Source: Geosiphon pyriformis uo1 (lineage: Eukaryota > Fungi > Glomeromycota). From it: a stretch of DNA of 64,000 bases. Of this stretch, positions 14,100 through 26,166 are shown piece after piece. The notes under the pieces are model-generated. The model had not been told where the DNA came from. It made no database searches and worked only from the letters and a program-made list of their open reading frames with translations. Within the stretch, counting starts at the first letter, position 1; each line of letters opens with the position of its first letter. The position numbers and the translations under genes are program-made. The stretch is taken from contig JAAOMT010000258.1 of NCBI GenBank assembly GCA_016748015.1, forward strand, positions 684,173-748,172, read 5' to 3'.

Positions 14100-17000
14100 A
14101 ACATTTTAATAATAATAAAAATGTTTTTTTAAACAAATTTTTATTTAATTTTAACATGTTTTTGAACATAAATAATAAATTTAATAATAGTAATAAAAAT
14201 TTCTTTAAATTAATAGCAAATATTTTTAAAATAAAAAATATTAATATTAATATAGTTAATAATTATTTTCCTAATTTTTTTAATTTTTATATAAATAAAA
14301 TTATAGTATTTTTTCTCTTTTTTCTTTTCTTAAACTTAGTATAAATATATTAATTAAAAATTTTTTTGTTTTAAATATTAATCTTTTAATTATTAATAAT
14401 AAATTATCTTAGAATAAATTAAAATCAATTAGGAATTTTTTTTAAGTATAAATAGTTTTAGAAAAACCTCTATTTTTTTAAAATTTAATAGAATTATTCA
14501 TGTAACTTTTATATCTAAAAAAGCTATATTAAAGATATTAAATTTGGCTAAAATAAGCAAAATTAATGTAAACAATAATCTTAAATACTTTATAAACAAT
14601 TATATAAATTAAGCTGTAATAATTAAAAAATTCCAATAAAAATATTTAAAGCAACTGTATATATAATGTTAACTAATTTATAGATATTATGTTAATTAAA
14701 TATAATTAATGAGTTTTTGGCAAAAAACATTAATAAAATTTGGTAATTAAAATTAAATTAATTTTTTAACATTTAAGTAATCTATTTTTATTAAAAAAAA
14801 TATAATTTAAATAACCAGAATTAATATTAATAAAACATTATAAAATTTTAAAAATATGTATAAAATTTTGTTTTATATTTTACAATAAGAATAACTGTTA
14901 TTATTAACAAAAATCTGAAATATTAATTAATATAAAATTATTTTTATAATTCTTATCATTAATTAACATATATTATTATTTTAATTTATTACTTATTATT
15001 TTATCAAATTACTCAAATTATTATTTAATTAATAATCTAATTTGTAAAGAACACAAATATAACCAAATTATAATAATTAGATTATATAATATATTAAATT
15101 ATATAATATTTAAATTTTGTGAAAATATTTAGTAATTTGATAAAATATTTAACAATTTACTGAAATAATTTATAGTTTGCAGAAATAATTTTTAGTTTAA
15201 CAAAATATATTTTTAGTTTATTGAAATATTAAAAAAAAAGTGTTAAATTATAAAATAATATTACAACAAATTATATAAAAGAAAAGTTTTTTACTTTAAA
15301 AAAATATTTTTTTTTTAGAAATTTAGTTTAAAATATCTTATTTTAGAATCAACAATTAATTACTACAAATTATTTCAATAAAATTACTTTGAAAACTCAA
15401 AAAATTCTTAATTATTACTACTTAAAATCACTTATTTAAAACTAATATTTTGAAATTGATTAGTTACTAATTTTAATAATTGTTAATAACTTTCAGGTTT
15501 GAATTCAAAATAATTTCTTTAAACATATTTTTAATTTATTTAATTTAATTTTATATATATATATATATATTTATATTATTAAGTAATTTACAGTCGAAAT
15601 TTCTTTTAAAAGCATTAACTTTTATAACAAAATAATTACACATTATTTGAAAAACTTATAAACAAAATTTTTTTGTAAAAAAGTTTATTGTAAAGTAACT
15701 ACACAAAGTAATTAGCATAAAATTGGCTATTTTATTATAAGCTTAACAGCATATATAATTTAAAATATAAAAAAATACTTTGAAAAAAAAATTAGTTATT
15801 AAGAGTTTATTAATTTTTATTAACAACAGAATTAACAATAAAATAGTATTAACAACAATAAAAAAATAAAAAAGTCTTTATTAATACTGTTTATAATTTG
15901 TAAAACTTTTTGGAATCTATTAGTAAAAGATTTATATAATTAATGATTATTTAGTTATATATATATAAGCCAATTGTATTATAATATGCTTTAAATTTAA
16001 AGTCAATATAATATTAGTTTTGGCTGCAATTTTGGTTTTTAAAAGTTTGTTTTTTTGTTTTATGTATAAAAAATTTAATTATATTTTTTTTATATTTTTT
16101 GTTAATACATTATTAATTTTTAAGACTAAGCCCAATTTTTATTTTTTGAAGTAAAATAAATATAAATTTGCAGTAATCTATGTCAAAAAAACAGCTTTAA
16201 TTGCTTGTTTAGTTTTTTTTGGTAAGTTTTTTTGGGCTTAAATTATTAATTATGATGGTTTTAGTTTTTTTTTTAAGTCTATATTTTAAGATATTGTTTT
16301 TTTTGGTCTAATAATTTTTTTTGTTTGTTTTATCTTTAAACACTTGGTTAAATATTTTTAAATATTTTTTAAAGTTTTTAACTAATTAAGTTTTTGCAAT
16401 TTTAGCTAAATTGAATTCAATTATAATAATTTTTTTTTCAAGTTCTTTAATTTTCATATTTGTTAATAATTGCATTAATAAAAATTGTTTCTAAAGATAA
16501 TATGAACATTTCAAGTTTGTTTTTTTCTCTGTTAATATTATTGATAATTCTCTATATTTGGATTTAAATAATAATAAAATTATTACTGCCAAGATTAATA
16601 ATTTAAAATTCAAAATATTAACATTAGAGAAATTTGTTAGTATTGTTTTGGCTTATTTAGACTTCTTGGTTTTTGGTATTAATTTTGTTTTTTTTTTAAT
16701 TTTTTAATAATCAATCTTATTTAAAGAGTTGCTATATGTAATATTTGAAAAATAAAAAATTTGGTATTAATAATCTTGAAAATAAAATTATATAATAAAA
16801 TTAAACTATAAATTATAAACAAATTTGAATAGATTAGAATTTTTATTTTAAGTGCTAATTTCAATTATTTGAATTGTAATATTGTAATTATTATAAACAA
16901 TAATTTAGCTAAATATATTTGTAAAGTTTTAAAAATAATTAATAGTTTTTGTTAATATAATTGCTATTTAAGAGTTTGTTTATCAATTATAATTCTTAGT

Positions 17001-17220
17001 TTATATATTGGTACTATTTTGAAAAAAAGATTGATACAAGCTTAAAATATTAATTTAATAGTAACTATAATTATAAATAATAATATATTCGTAATTCTAA
17101 ATAAAAATTTTAATAAAATAAAATAAAGAAATTTAAAAATTTTTTAATAGAAATTAAAAATTTTAACAGTTTGGGTTTTAATATTTTAAATTAGAATAAG
17201 AAAATCTTTTGATTATAAGA
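14100..17220 (+). mobile_element. Highly degenerate LINE (ORF1 and start of ORF2 endonuclease), split by a solo LTR; boundaries approximate
   Basis: Plus-strand relic translation KFNRIIHVTFISKKAI...VNNNLK...FWQKTL at ~14480-14740 continues after the LTR as TVYNL*NFLESISK at ~15890. APE-like start RVAICNI at ~16725. Confidence 0.55.
14896..15886 (+). repeat. Solo LTR (same family as 3800-4787) inserted in LINE ORF1
   Basis: Begins TGTTATTATTAACAAAAATCTGAAA, matching the reverse complement of 4787 inward. Same length (~990 bp). No internal gypsy coding sequence on either side. No clean TSD visible. Confidence 0.7.
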
Positions 17221-17987
17221 TTTGTTAATTGAAACAAATAATATTAAATTTTATTAATTGCTTATTTTTGAAGGTGATGCAAGCCGTTATTCGCTGTGGA
17301 AAACAAAACCTGAAATCTTTAAATGGTGTCATCATGTTTAGCGAATCATTACTTTATGCTTATGTGAAAAACCATGACCCAATTCTGCTCAGCGTACAAA
17401 AGAAATTGGATTTGTTTCTCAATTTCCAGTCTAACAGATCTCAATGCTGATTTTTAGTAAATAAAAATAATTTTTCTAATGAAAACGAGGTTATTTAAAT
17501 CCTCATTTGGGATTTCAAAATCGCCTTTTTTAGTGTAACGATTTAAGTCCTTATTATTTGATATCAGAAGATCAGGTAAAAAATTAAGGTGAAAAATATA
17601 TCTATTCTTCGCCTAAAAAGAATAGACGTAGTTGATGAAAAAGCACACAATAACTTACTTGGTCAATATCTTGAAGCGAGTGAAAGAAATTTATTTGGAG
17701 AAATGTTCATCTAACTGCTTAGGAAAAACTAGGAATCCGCGACATTTGCTCGAAAACAAACCAATTATAAACAGATAATGGGATTTGAACTGAAAAAAGA
17801 TGATGGTAATGAAGTTCAATTCCTTTTGACCACTCTAAGTATCTTACTCATTTGAAATTTTGAAAAAATGGCTCGTAGACCCTATAAACTTGTGATCAAG
17901 CAATAAGATTGCAAGAAAATTATTTTACATTCCTATTTTAAATGATTACAGACATAAATCTAACAGAATATTTTGGTAATTTATAGG

Positions 17988-20284
17988 TCATATATTTCCT
18001 ACCCTTTCTTCAAGCATACTCCTCCGTGTTCCTGAAACTTCCTTAATTTCCTCAGTATATAGTCTGTTGATTGCATTTATATAGGCCTTAGCACTGGCTG
18101 TCACTACATCAACATCTGTTCCATGTCCGTGATATGTGGGTTTAGTTAGTTTTGGTTCACCCTTTAGGTCTATTCCAGGGCGAACTTCACCATCTATGTT
18201 ATGTCCATTTGCGACTGATGTATCCTCTACTCCGGAACTATCCGTATCCTCGGTAATTTTCACCGCAACTTTACCTAAGGCGTCCATTCCTTCAGAGATT
18301 GCACGTACTTCATACTGCAACAAACGAATTTTACGTTGCACTAGGCGCTGGATGGCCCCAAAAGCAGCCATGATAGGTCCAGTACGTCCAATTGCTGCAT
18401 CGATCAGCTCTTGATTTTTCAGAGCATCGAATAATTTCACGGTTGCTGTCGACATTTCATGCACCCCTGAGACTACTTGGATTGATCTAAGCTGAAATCG
18501 GTTAGATTCTGGTGTGGATCCTGAAGATAATTGATCTGACATAAGAGCTAAAAGATCGTGATCCGTGATACGTTTCTTTGAGTCAGCAAGAGATTTAAAG
18601 TTTTCGAAAGCCTTTTGAAAATCTCCTTCATTTAAATCAGCATATCCAAGTTGTGTAAGACGAGAGCGAAATGCATTGCGCCCAGAGAGTTTTCCAAGAA
18701 CTAAATTGACGTTAAAAATGCCAACATCCTCTGGACGGATAATTTCATAAGTTAGCTTATTTTTTAAAACTCCATCCTGGTGAATACCAGATTCGTGTAG
18801 AAATGCATTAGTTCCTACAATTGCCTTATTAGGTTGTACCGGCATGCCTGAGAGAGACGAAACTACAGTCGAGGTGCGATAAATAAGTGGAGTATTTATC
18901 GTGTGATAGACAGGATATGTAGCAGGGTGTGTTTGAATATTCATCACAATTTCTTCCAATGCGGTGTTGCCTTTATTTGAAAAGATGGTCAGTTCCAATT
19001 CGAAATTTCAAAATAAATAGTGAAATGTAAATACCCGCACGTTCACCGATGCCGTTAATGGTGACTTCTACTTGTCTGGCCCCATTAACAATACCAGACA
19101 AAGTGTTGGCTGTTGCAAGACCCAAATCATTATGACAATGGGTGGACCATATAACCTGTGAATAGATTCGAATTTATGATTCATCTTAAAATTTGTAGAA
19201 AAAATTTTTTTCATACTAACTTTGTCACCGCCAGGTGTGTTTTTTACCAAGTACTTGATTAGGGCGCCATATTCTTCGGGTGTCGTATAGCCCACAGTGT
19301 CGGGAATATTTAAAGTTGTGGCACCAGCCTGGATAACTTCTCCTAAGACCTTGCACAGGAAATCCTTATCACTTCTACCAGAATCTTCTGTACTGAATTC
19401 AACGTCATTACACAGGCTCTTAGCGTATGCAACGGCATTGACAGCGCGCTTTATACATTCTTCACGTGATATTTGGAGTTTATACTTAAGATGAATGTCA
19501 GATGTCGCGAGAAAAGTGTGAATCCTATGCAATGGAGCGGAAGATACCGCCTCATAGCACCGTTTTATATCTTTCTCGGTGGCACGAGATAATCCTGCTA
19601 CCACCTACAAGCAATGTGGTATCAATTTTTTTGTAGTAAAAGAATACAAATATTGATCAACGGAACTTGCCACTGGTTTTCCAACTTTTTCTCTCCCGCT
19701 CATTAAGGTCCCAACTTCTTTGGCTATCCTAGCGACTGACTCGAAGTCTCCTTGAGATGCAATTGGAAACCCGGCTTCAATGACATCGACTCCCAAACTG
19801 GACAGGTGTCTTGCGATTTCTAGCTTTTCTTCTAACGTCAGAGTGACACCCGGAGACTAAGGATCATTTGAAAAAAGCAGCAGATTCATTAAACGAAATT
19901 CATAAACTTTAGGTGTTTAGAGGCAAGTAAAATGTTTGGAAGCGTTGGAAAGGGCAAAAAAAAACAAAGTGAGCGTCTTATGCAAAGTATTTGTAGTGAG
20001 AAACAAAGTGACGGAATATATTGGGCTAAATTGCCACTGTCAAATAACAAGCTTCAAATACAGAAATGCACCTGTTCCCCGTCGCGAAGAGTTGTATCGA
20101 AAATTATTAATTTCTCTTGGGTGGAAACGGTATTTATTTTACGCAAGTTGTACTTATGCAAAGATATAGTTTTCGAATAGAAATTTGGAAAAGAATTATT
20201 TTCAAAAGAAGCGAGTCCAGCATTACTGATAGTCGGAAATTTGCTTGCGAGGCGAGAAATGGTATAACTTGTACGTGAAAGCAT
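17988..20284 (-). CDS. leuA: 2-isopropylmalate synthase (bacterial/plant-type LeuA) with mitochondrial-type N-terminal presequence, ~628 aa, 5 exons
   Basis: Exons 20284-20072, 19856-19671, 19604-19221, 19155-19035, 18970-17988 splice in frame. Motifs [73 protein letters not shown], and the C-terminal regulatory domain ([13 protein letters not shown]). Confidence 0.97.
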
Positions 20285-20347
20285 GTTAGACCGTGTGGCA
20301 TATGATACCCCGAGGCGTAAAGTTAACTTTATACTTTTTTCAATTTA

Positions 20348-20356
20348 ATGACTCAT
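20348..20356. promoter_or_regulatory. Perfect Gcn4/CpcA (AP-1-like) site ATGACTCAT upstream of leuA
   Basis: Exact 9-bp consensus 64 bp upstream of the leuA ATG. A second imperfect site (AGAGTCAC) lies at ~20380-20387. Confidence 0.6.
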
Positions 20357-22992
20357 TTGGCATCAGATGTGGTTCATATAGAGTCACAAATCCGACTTCT
20401 ATAAAAAATCTTTGGCACTTTTAAGTCTTTGTATGGGAAATCTCCCGTGCCATATGTTATCAAAACAAGTTTTATATGACACGAATTTTTCTTTGGGAAA
20501 AATTGAGTATATTGATGTATTTGAACAAGAACCCAAATGCTAGTGTTCGAAGTACAGCTACAACATTTGTAACTGTTCTCGTTCTAACGTTGGGACTTCC
20601 GGACGACTGCATTTGAATACACTTGGCCGTCATTAACTCCTCAAATCCTGTTCGTGCTCGTCCAAACTTGGGAGTGATTTGGTGGAACTGAGGAATAAAG
20701 GTTCCAAAGGTTGCAAAAAAACTTTTAAAAGGCTTAAAAGTAAGTTTTTCGTTTCCTGTTTTTTGATTTTCTGGCCTGAGGGGTATACAGTTAGAAGAGT
20801 CATGTACCTTCTCTGTGTTTGATCTATTGTGACGCCCGTATTTGCTTCTTATGTTTCTACTTAGTTTATATGCTCGGTCGCTCATCAGATTGCCCTTGGA
20901 TAGGGCAAGTTTGCCGTTTAATGCCCCCCCTGACATCTTAAGCCTTTCGTCTATTCCAGTTCCTTCGCTTAGTTTGTGTTTCGCATAGATTCTGACCAGA
21001 TGGACGAAGACAATAAAAATCCTTCCATCAACACAGAGAATCAGGTGAAGTATTATCTTTAAAAGTTCTGCATGCAGTAACCTCGTAGACAATACTAATA
21101 GATTTTTTCTCAGCAGGCTTTCATACTGCATCCATATTTTGAAATTGAAAACCCTGACTAATGGGACGTTGTTAGTTTTCAGCGTTTCTGGTTGGAACAG
21201 AATAAAAGCAAACCGGAGGAGCTCATCTATTCGAAGGCTGCAGAACAGCTCTTGATGAATTTACAAAACATTCATAAAAAATTCTAATTTTTAACATGTT
21301 TAACTAATAAAATAAAATTCTTAATATAATTGTTTTTAAATAATATTATAATTTAGATAAATAAAATAAATAAATAAATAATATTTGAACTTGTTATACG
21401 ACAACAATTTTATATATTTAATTTTATATTATATTTGTAAATTTTATAATTAATAAATAGCTAAAAAATCAAAAAGTTAATACTTATTAATTATATATTA
21501 TAATACATATAATAGTTTTATTAAGTCATTTTAAGTTTATAAACTATTAATATATGTTTATGAAAATAATATTTTTTACTTTTTATTAATTTAAAAAGTT
21601 ATTTATATTATTTAAACTTTAACTTTCAAATACTTTATATTATATAATTTAATAGCTTATAATTATATTATAAATTCAGGCCTTTTGCTTTTTATATTCT
21701 ATTAAATTCATAATATAAATCCTAATTTATTAAATAAAAAATGCATAATAGAAGTGATTTATGTGGCAAAAGATTATAAATATTATCAAATAAAATAATT
21801 TACTTCATTTTAATATTTAACATAAATATTCAAGTTGTATTAATTAAATTTTGAATTATAATAATATTTAAATAAAAATTTTTAATTATAGAAAATTAAT
21901 AAACTTTCATTAAAAAATAATTAAAAAAAGTTAAATTACAAAATACAATAAAAACAGTAATATACTGTTTATGGCTAAAAATAGGTAATCTTTGCAAATA
22001 ATTGATTTTAAAAAACTTTATTTTTTTTAATATTTGATTTTACTATATCTATATATTTATTATTAATTATTAATTCATTAAAATAATATAAGAAAAAGTA
22101 GACAAAAGATTTTTTTTAAACATTTGTATTATTATTAAAGTAAAAGAATCGAAAATCAAAAACTTTTTATTTTAGAGAATTTAATGATTACAAAAATAAG
22201 TTTTTTATTCAAAATATGTAATAGCAAAAAAAAATTTAATTTATTAATTTATTAACTAAAAATAACAAATACAATTTTACATTAAATATATTAAATTAAC
22301 ATAATAATTGATTTTTTTTAACTTAAATATTTTTGAATATTAAAATAATTTCTTTATTATATAAAAATAATTTAAAAATTTCTATTTAAGAAATAGAAAA
22401 AATTGTTAAAACAATAATTAATTACACATTATATATATAATTACAAATTTTGTTTTATATATTAAATAAATTATTCATTTTATTTAACTATAATTAAACA
22501 AAATATTCAATTTTATAAATTTGATTTGTGTAATTATATTTTAATTATATGATTATTAAAACATATTAAAACACTTTAAATAGTTATTTGCTCAACTTTG
22601 AATGATTTAAAAATGTCTTCTTTGTTATTGCATACTTTGCAAATTTACTCAAGAAACAGAAAGTAATATCTTAAGCTAACTCTTTTTTGTACGATATTCT
22701 CTTTTTCACATATATAATTTTTTCGAATAACAATAATTCTTAATGTATTATATGTTTTTCAAGGTGATCAAAAAATAATCAGATTATTACATTTATCAGA
22801 CTTAAATTTAAATATAATCCATCATGGAAATTTTAATTTAATTTAATTTAATAAGTCTTTTGAGATATAAGGTAATTATAGGAATCAACAACAGCAGTTT
22901 ACAGAATCTTTTGTAATTCAAATGCCTGTCAAAAATGCCGATACCTATCAACCTAACATATAATGAGTTAATTGCATCTGTTCGCCTTTTGT

Positions 22993-24626
22993 TCATTTTC
23001 TGATACGCTTGGCAGGGGGTTGTGCAGAAGCAGAAGAACTAGGTGCGGAACGGATGCGGCCTGCAGAGGTTGGTGGGGTTCGAGGAGCTGAAGTTGGACG
23101 AGATGATACTAGAGATTGAGAAGTCTCATTTGACAGAGAGGACGACGCCACAGGACGAGTAGCTGCTATTTTTCGAGATCCAATTTCAACGGAACGAGGA
23201 GCCACAGTTTGACGAGAAGTGGTCGTCATAGATCGAAGCGCTTCCTGACGAGATGAGGTTCCCAAGGAACGAGGAGGCACTGCTTTAAACACTCCAGGCC
23301 GAGGGCTTATCTCCTGACGAGATATAGTCACAGCAGGGCGAGGAAGCACTGTTGGACGAGAAGGAGCGACTGAGGTACGAGTTGTTGTAGATCGGGTAGT
23401 GCCCATAGTTGAGGAGACCTGCGGGCGAACTGTGTGGGAACGAGTGGCCGCCGTGAAGCTGGATGATGCTCCAGCAACTGTTCCTCCATATGGAGAAAAC
23501 TGTGCTGACGAAGCGACATGTCTTTTCATTGGACTCCCATTAAACAAGTTTGAAGAGGTTGTTGTACGATGAGAGGACATTATTGGCGTCACAAATGTTC
23601 TCTTTGGCGTCGAATTCCAAAGCTTTTGAATGGTTGATTTAGGTTGTCGAACACGGGCTATCATTGTAATGAATAAGTTTTAAATTAATCAAAACTTGCC
23701 AGGATCTTATATTTTCAAACAAATAAACTTACTTTTCGCTGGGATGGCAGCAAATTTAAGAAGCTTTGTCTTTTTTCGGTCCTTCTCTTCTTGAATCTTG
23801 TCATAACTTGAGGACGAAATAAATTAGACAAAGTAATTAACACCAGTAAATGTGAAGTATTTACCGTGCTCGTACACGTTCACCGAGAAGACGTGCTTTT
23901 CGTTCGTGTTCCTGTTGTTCTTCCTCTCGCTCCCTGCACATTCGCTAAATGATACAAAACTCACAAGTATTAATCATTGAAAAGTTTCGTCTTAGAACAA
24001 GTTCAACCAATTTACATACTTCATAGACCTGTTGATGGCCAAATTTTCTGCCTTCGAATTCTGCTCGCCGATGATAAAAATCAGAATGACACAGATGCAG
24101 CCAGAATTCTAAATTGAGAAATGATGTGAATATTAAATATAATGCAATATACCCTCCAAGAAAATTGACCAAAGAAAGGCATACCATTTGATTGTTTGGC
24201 GAAGTTCTATAGGAAAAGAAACAATAAAATTACCCTCACCTTTTGACCAAAGCCATAGGAACTAATCGGGCAGCTAAGCAAAAAACATTAGTTCTCACCT
24301 TCGAATTACGCTGTAAAATCTTCAAACGTTTTGCGTCGGCACGTCGAAGTGCCGGCCTTAAAACATCAATTGGGACTTCTCCGATATCATCCAACACTTT
24401 AAAGATGGTAAAGCCCAATGGTGAATAATAAGCAGTTGTTCCCAAATTGCGGACGTAAATGGCGCACACAGCCTTGGTTATACTAACTATCTAGATTCTT
24501 CCCGATAGTTTCAACGCATATGTCTATCAAAGATTTAGGTTGACGAAAAAGGGTTTTCGCCCAACGCGGTGAAGTAAGGTCCCCCGGTAAGGGCTTGCGA
24601 TGGGTATTCGAAGCTTGATTTTCCAT
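22993..24626 (-). CDS. ELA1: Elongin A (RNA polymerase II elongation factor SIII subunit A)-like protein with long S/T/R-rich C-terminal tail; multi-exon
   Basis: Spliced product MENQASN...PKSLIDICVETIGKNLD|MLDDIGEVPIDVLRPAL...EFWLHLCHSDF...EREEEQQEHERKARLLGER...KTRVRQPKSTIQKLW has the BC-box, GxVP, and W..xC..DF signatures of Elongin A. GT-AG introns. The last exon is ORF 22993-23664. Confidence 0.8.
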
Positions 24627-24956
24627 GGTCTTCGTCGAAATTTGATTTTCTAAGTGTTTTACTATGAATGACTGTGGCTTAATTGCTGTGGTTGATTGAA
24701 AGTAGTATTTAAAAACAGCAACTAGTCAAATCGAAAGGTATTTCTTAAATAGAACAACTCTATAATAAACGATAGATTTGTGACTTTTTACGATTCATGT
24801 AATAGTCCTCAATCAGTTAGCTTGAATTACAAATGGTCGCTAATTTAAAACCAAAAATATTTTTCTCGGGAAAAATATATTTGAATGTTACTTGGTCTGC
24901 AAACTATTGGCCAATCAAAAAAATTAATTTTTTGGTAGAAATTCAATTTTATAATG

Positions 24957-26166
24957 TCAACGGTGCCGATCTCGAGATTTCGAACGTGATCGACCTCGAT
25001 AAATGGGTTTTCTTGGACGATCAATGGACCTCGAACGAGATCTACTTTGTATGTCCCTTGTAATCGACCTCGAACGACCTCGATAAGATCGTCTCAAATC
25101 ACGTGAGCGAGATCTCGACCTATTTCGAATGTCGTTTCCAGACCGCCTCCACTCTCTAGAACGAGATCGAGCTTTTCTTCGATCATTAGATCTTGATCGA
25201 CTTCTATATGGTGAAAATGAACGATCTCGTCGATATGGTGAGCTAGAACGGGAGGAACGGCGGCGAGAAATTCCTTGCCGCCCTTCACTTTTTACTTTCC
25301 ACCCATCGCTATCTGTTTTGAAACCAGAATTCTTTTCATCTTTTCCAATAATATCATCCCAAGTATTCCATCTATAATGAAACGAGACAATAAGTCAATA
25401 TTTTAAACATGAAGAAAGGCCCATTATAAAACAGAAAACTACCTATCATCATCATCGCCTTCCTCCTCTTCTTCCTCAATTTTATTTGTTGTTTTGCCTT
25501 TATGAAGAATTTCAGAATTACTTTCTTCCTTTGATAACATTTTAATTTCGTCCCCACTATTCTTACTGATGTTACTGCTATTACTACTCCAATTATTATT
25601 GTTAGTTCTACTTCCCTGCGTTTTCTTTTTCTTTTTTCGACCAAATTCATCCCATTCGTCATCTTTTTCAGCATCTCTGGATTTACGATATTCTACAACC
25701 TCATCTCTTTCTAAAAAACCACCACCACGCCCTTCTCGTGATCCGAGTGTAATTTCTAGTCCCGGTTTGGGGGTTTTGCACTGATTACACTCATTGCGAC
25801 GTGCCCAGTTAATATTAGAACAGCTAAAAAGCCATAATTTAGTAAGAGTGGGATTTATTGTTTTGCAAAAATGTGCTTTTTTGACAACTGAACTCACATC
25901 GAGCATTTCCAGTCCTTTTCTGAAAAAAGACCCTGAATAAAACATTTGTTAAGCCCAAATATATATAATAGATACGAACTCTATTTAAGGATCTTTTTTC
26001 CGTCTACACGTAACGAAAACGATACCCCATAACGGTTGGCGAATTCCCTCCCAACCTCCCCACTAGCCGGACTAGTCTCTTCGCGTAGACGCCTGGAAGA
26101 ACCACCCTCACGATCCCGATCTCTGTCTCTCCCGCGATCTCGATCATGCCGACTTCCACCGGCCAT
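24957..26166 (-). CDS. ZRANB2: ZRANB2-like splicing factor (RanBP2-type zinc finger plus RS domain), 4 exons
   Basis: Spliced EVGREFANRYG|GLFSEKDWKCSICSNINWARRNECNQCKTPK...GRGGGFLERDEVVEY...DEFGRKKKK matches the ZRANB2 second finger and downstream block. The last exon is an RS-repeat domain ending RSKSRDRHR* (stop 24957-24959). Confidence 0.9.

Noticed and set aside
18136-20180. Plus-strand ORFs overlapping leuA (and similar antisense ORFs over ZRANB2, the LINE and GBF1)
   Set aside because: Antisense shadows of real coding exons.
20770-20850. TPP riboswitch (CCTGAG...TATAC...GATCT)
   Set aside because: Lacks the conserved TGAGA and the AAT.CCAGCG.AGG-type segment, and is not in a thiamine gene.
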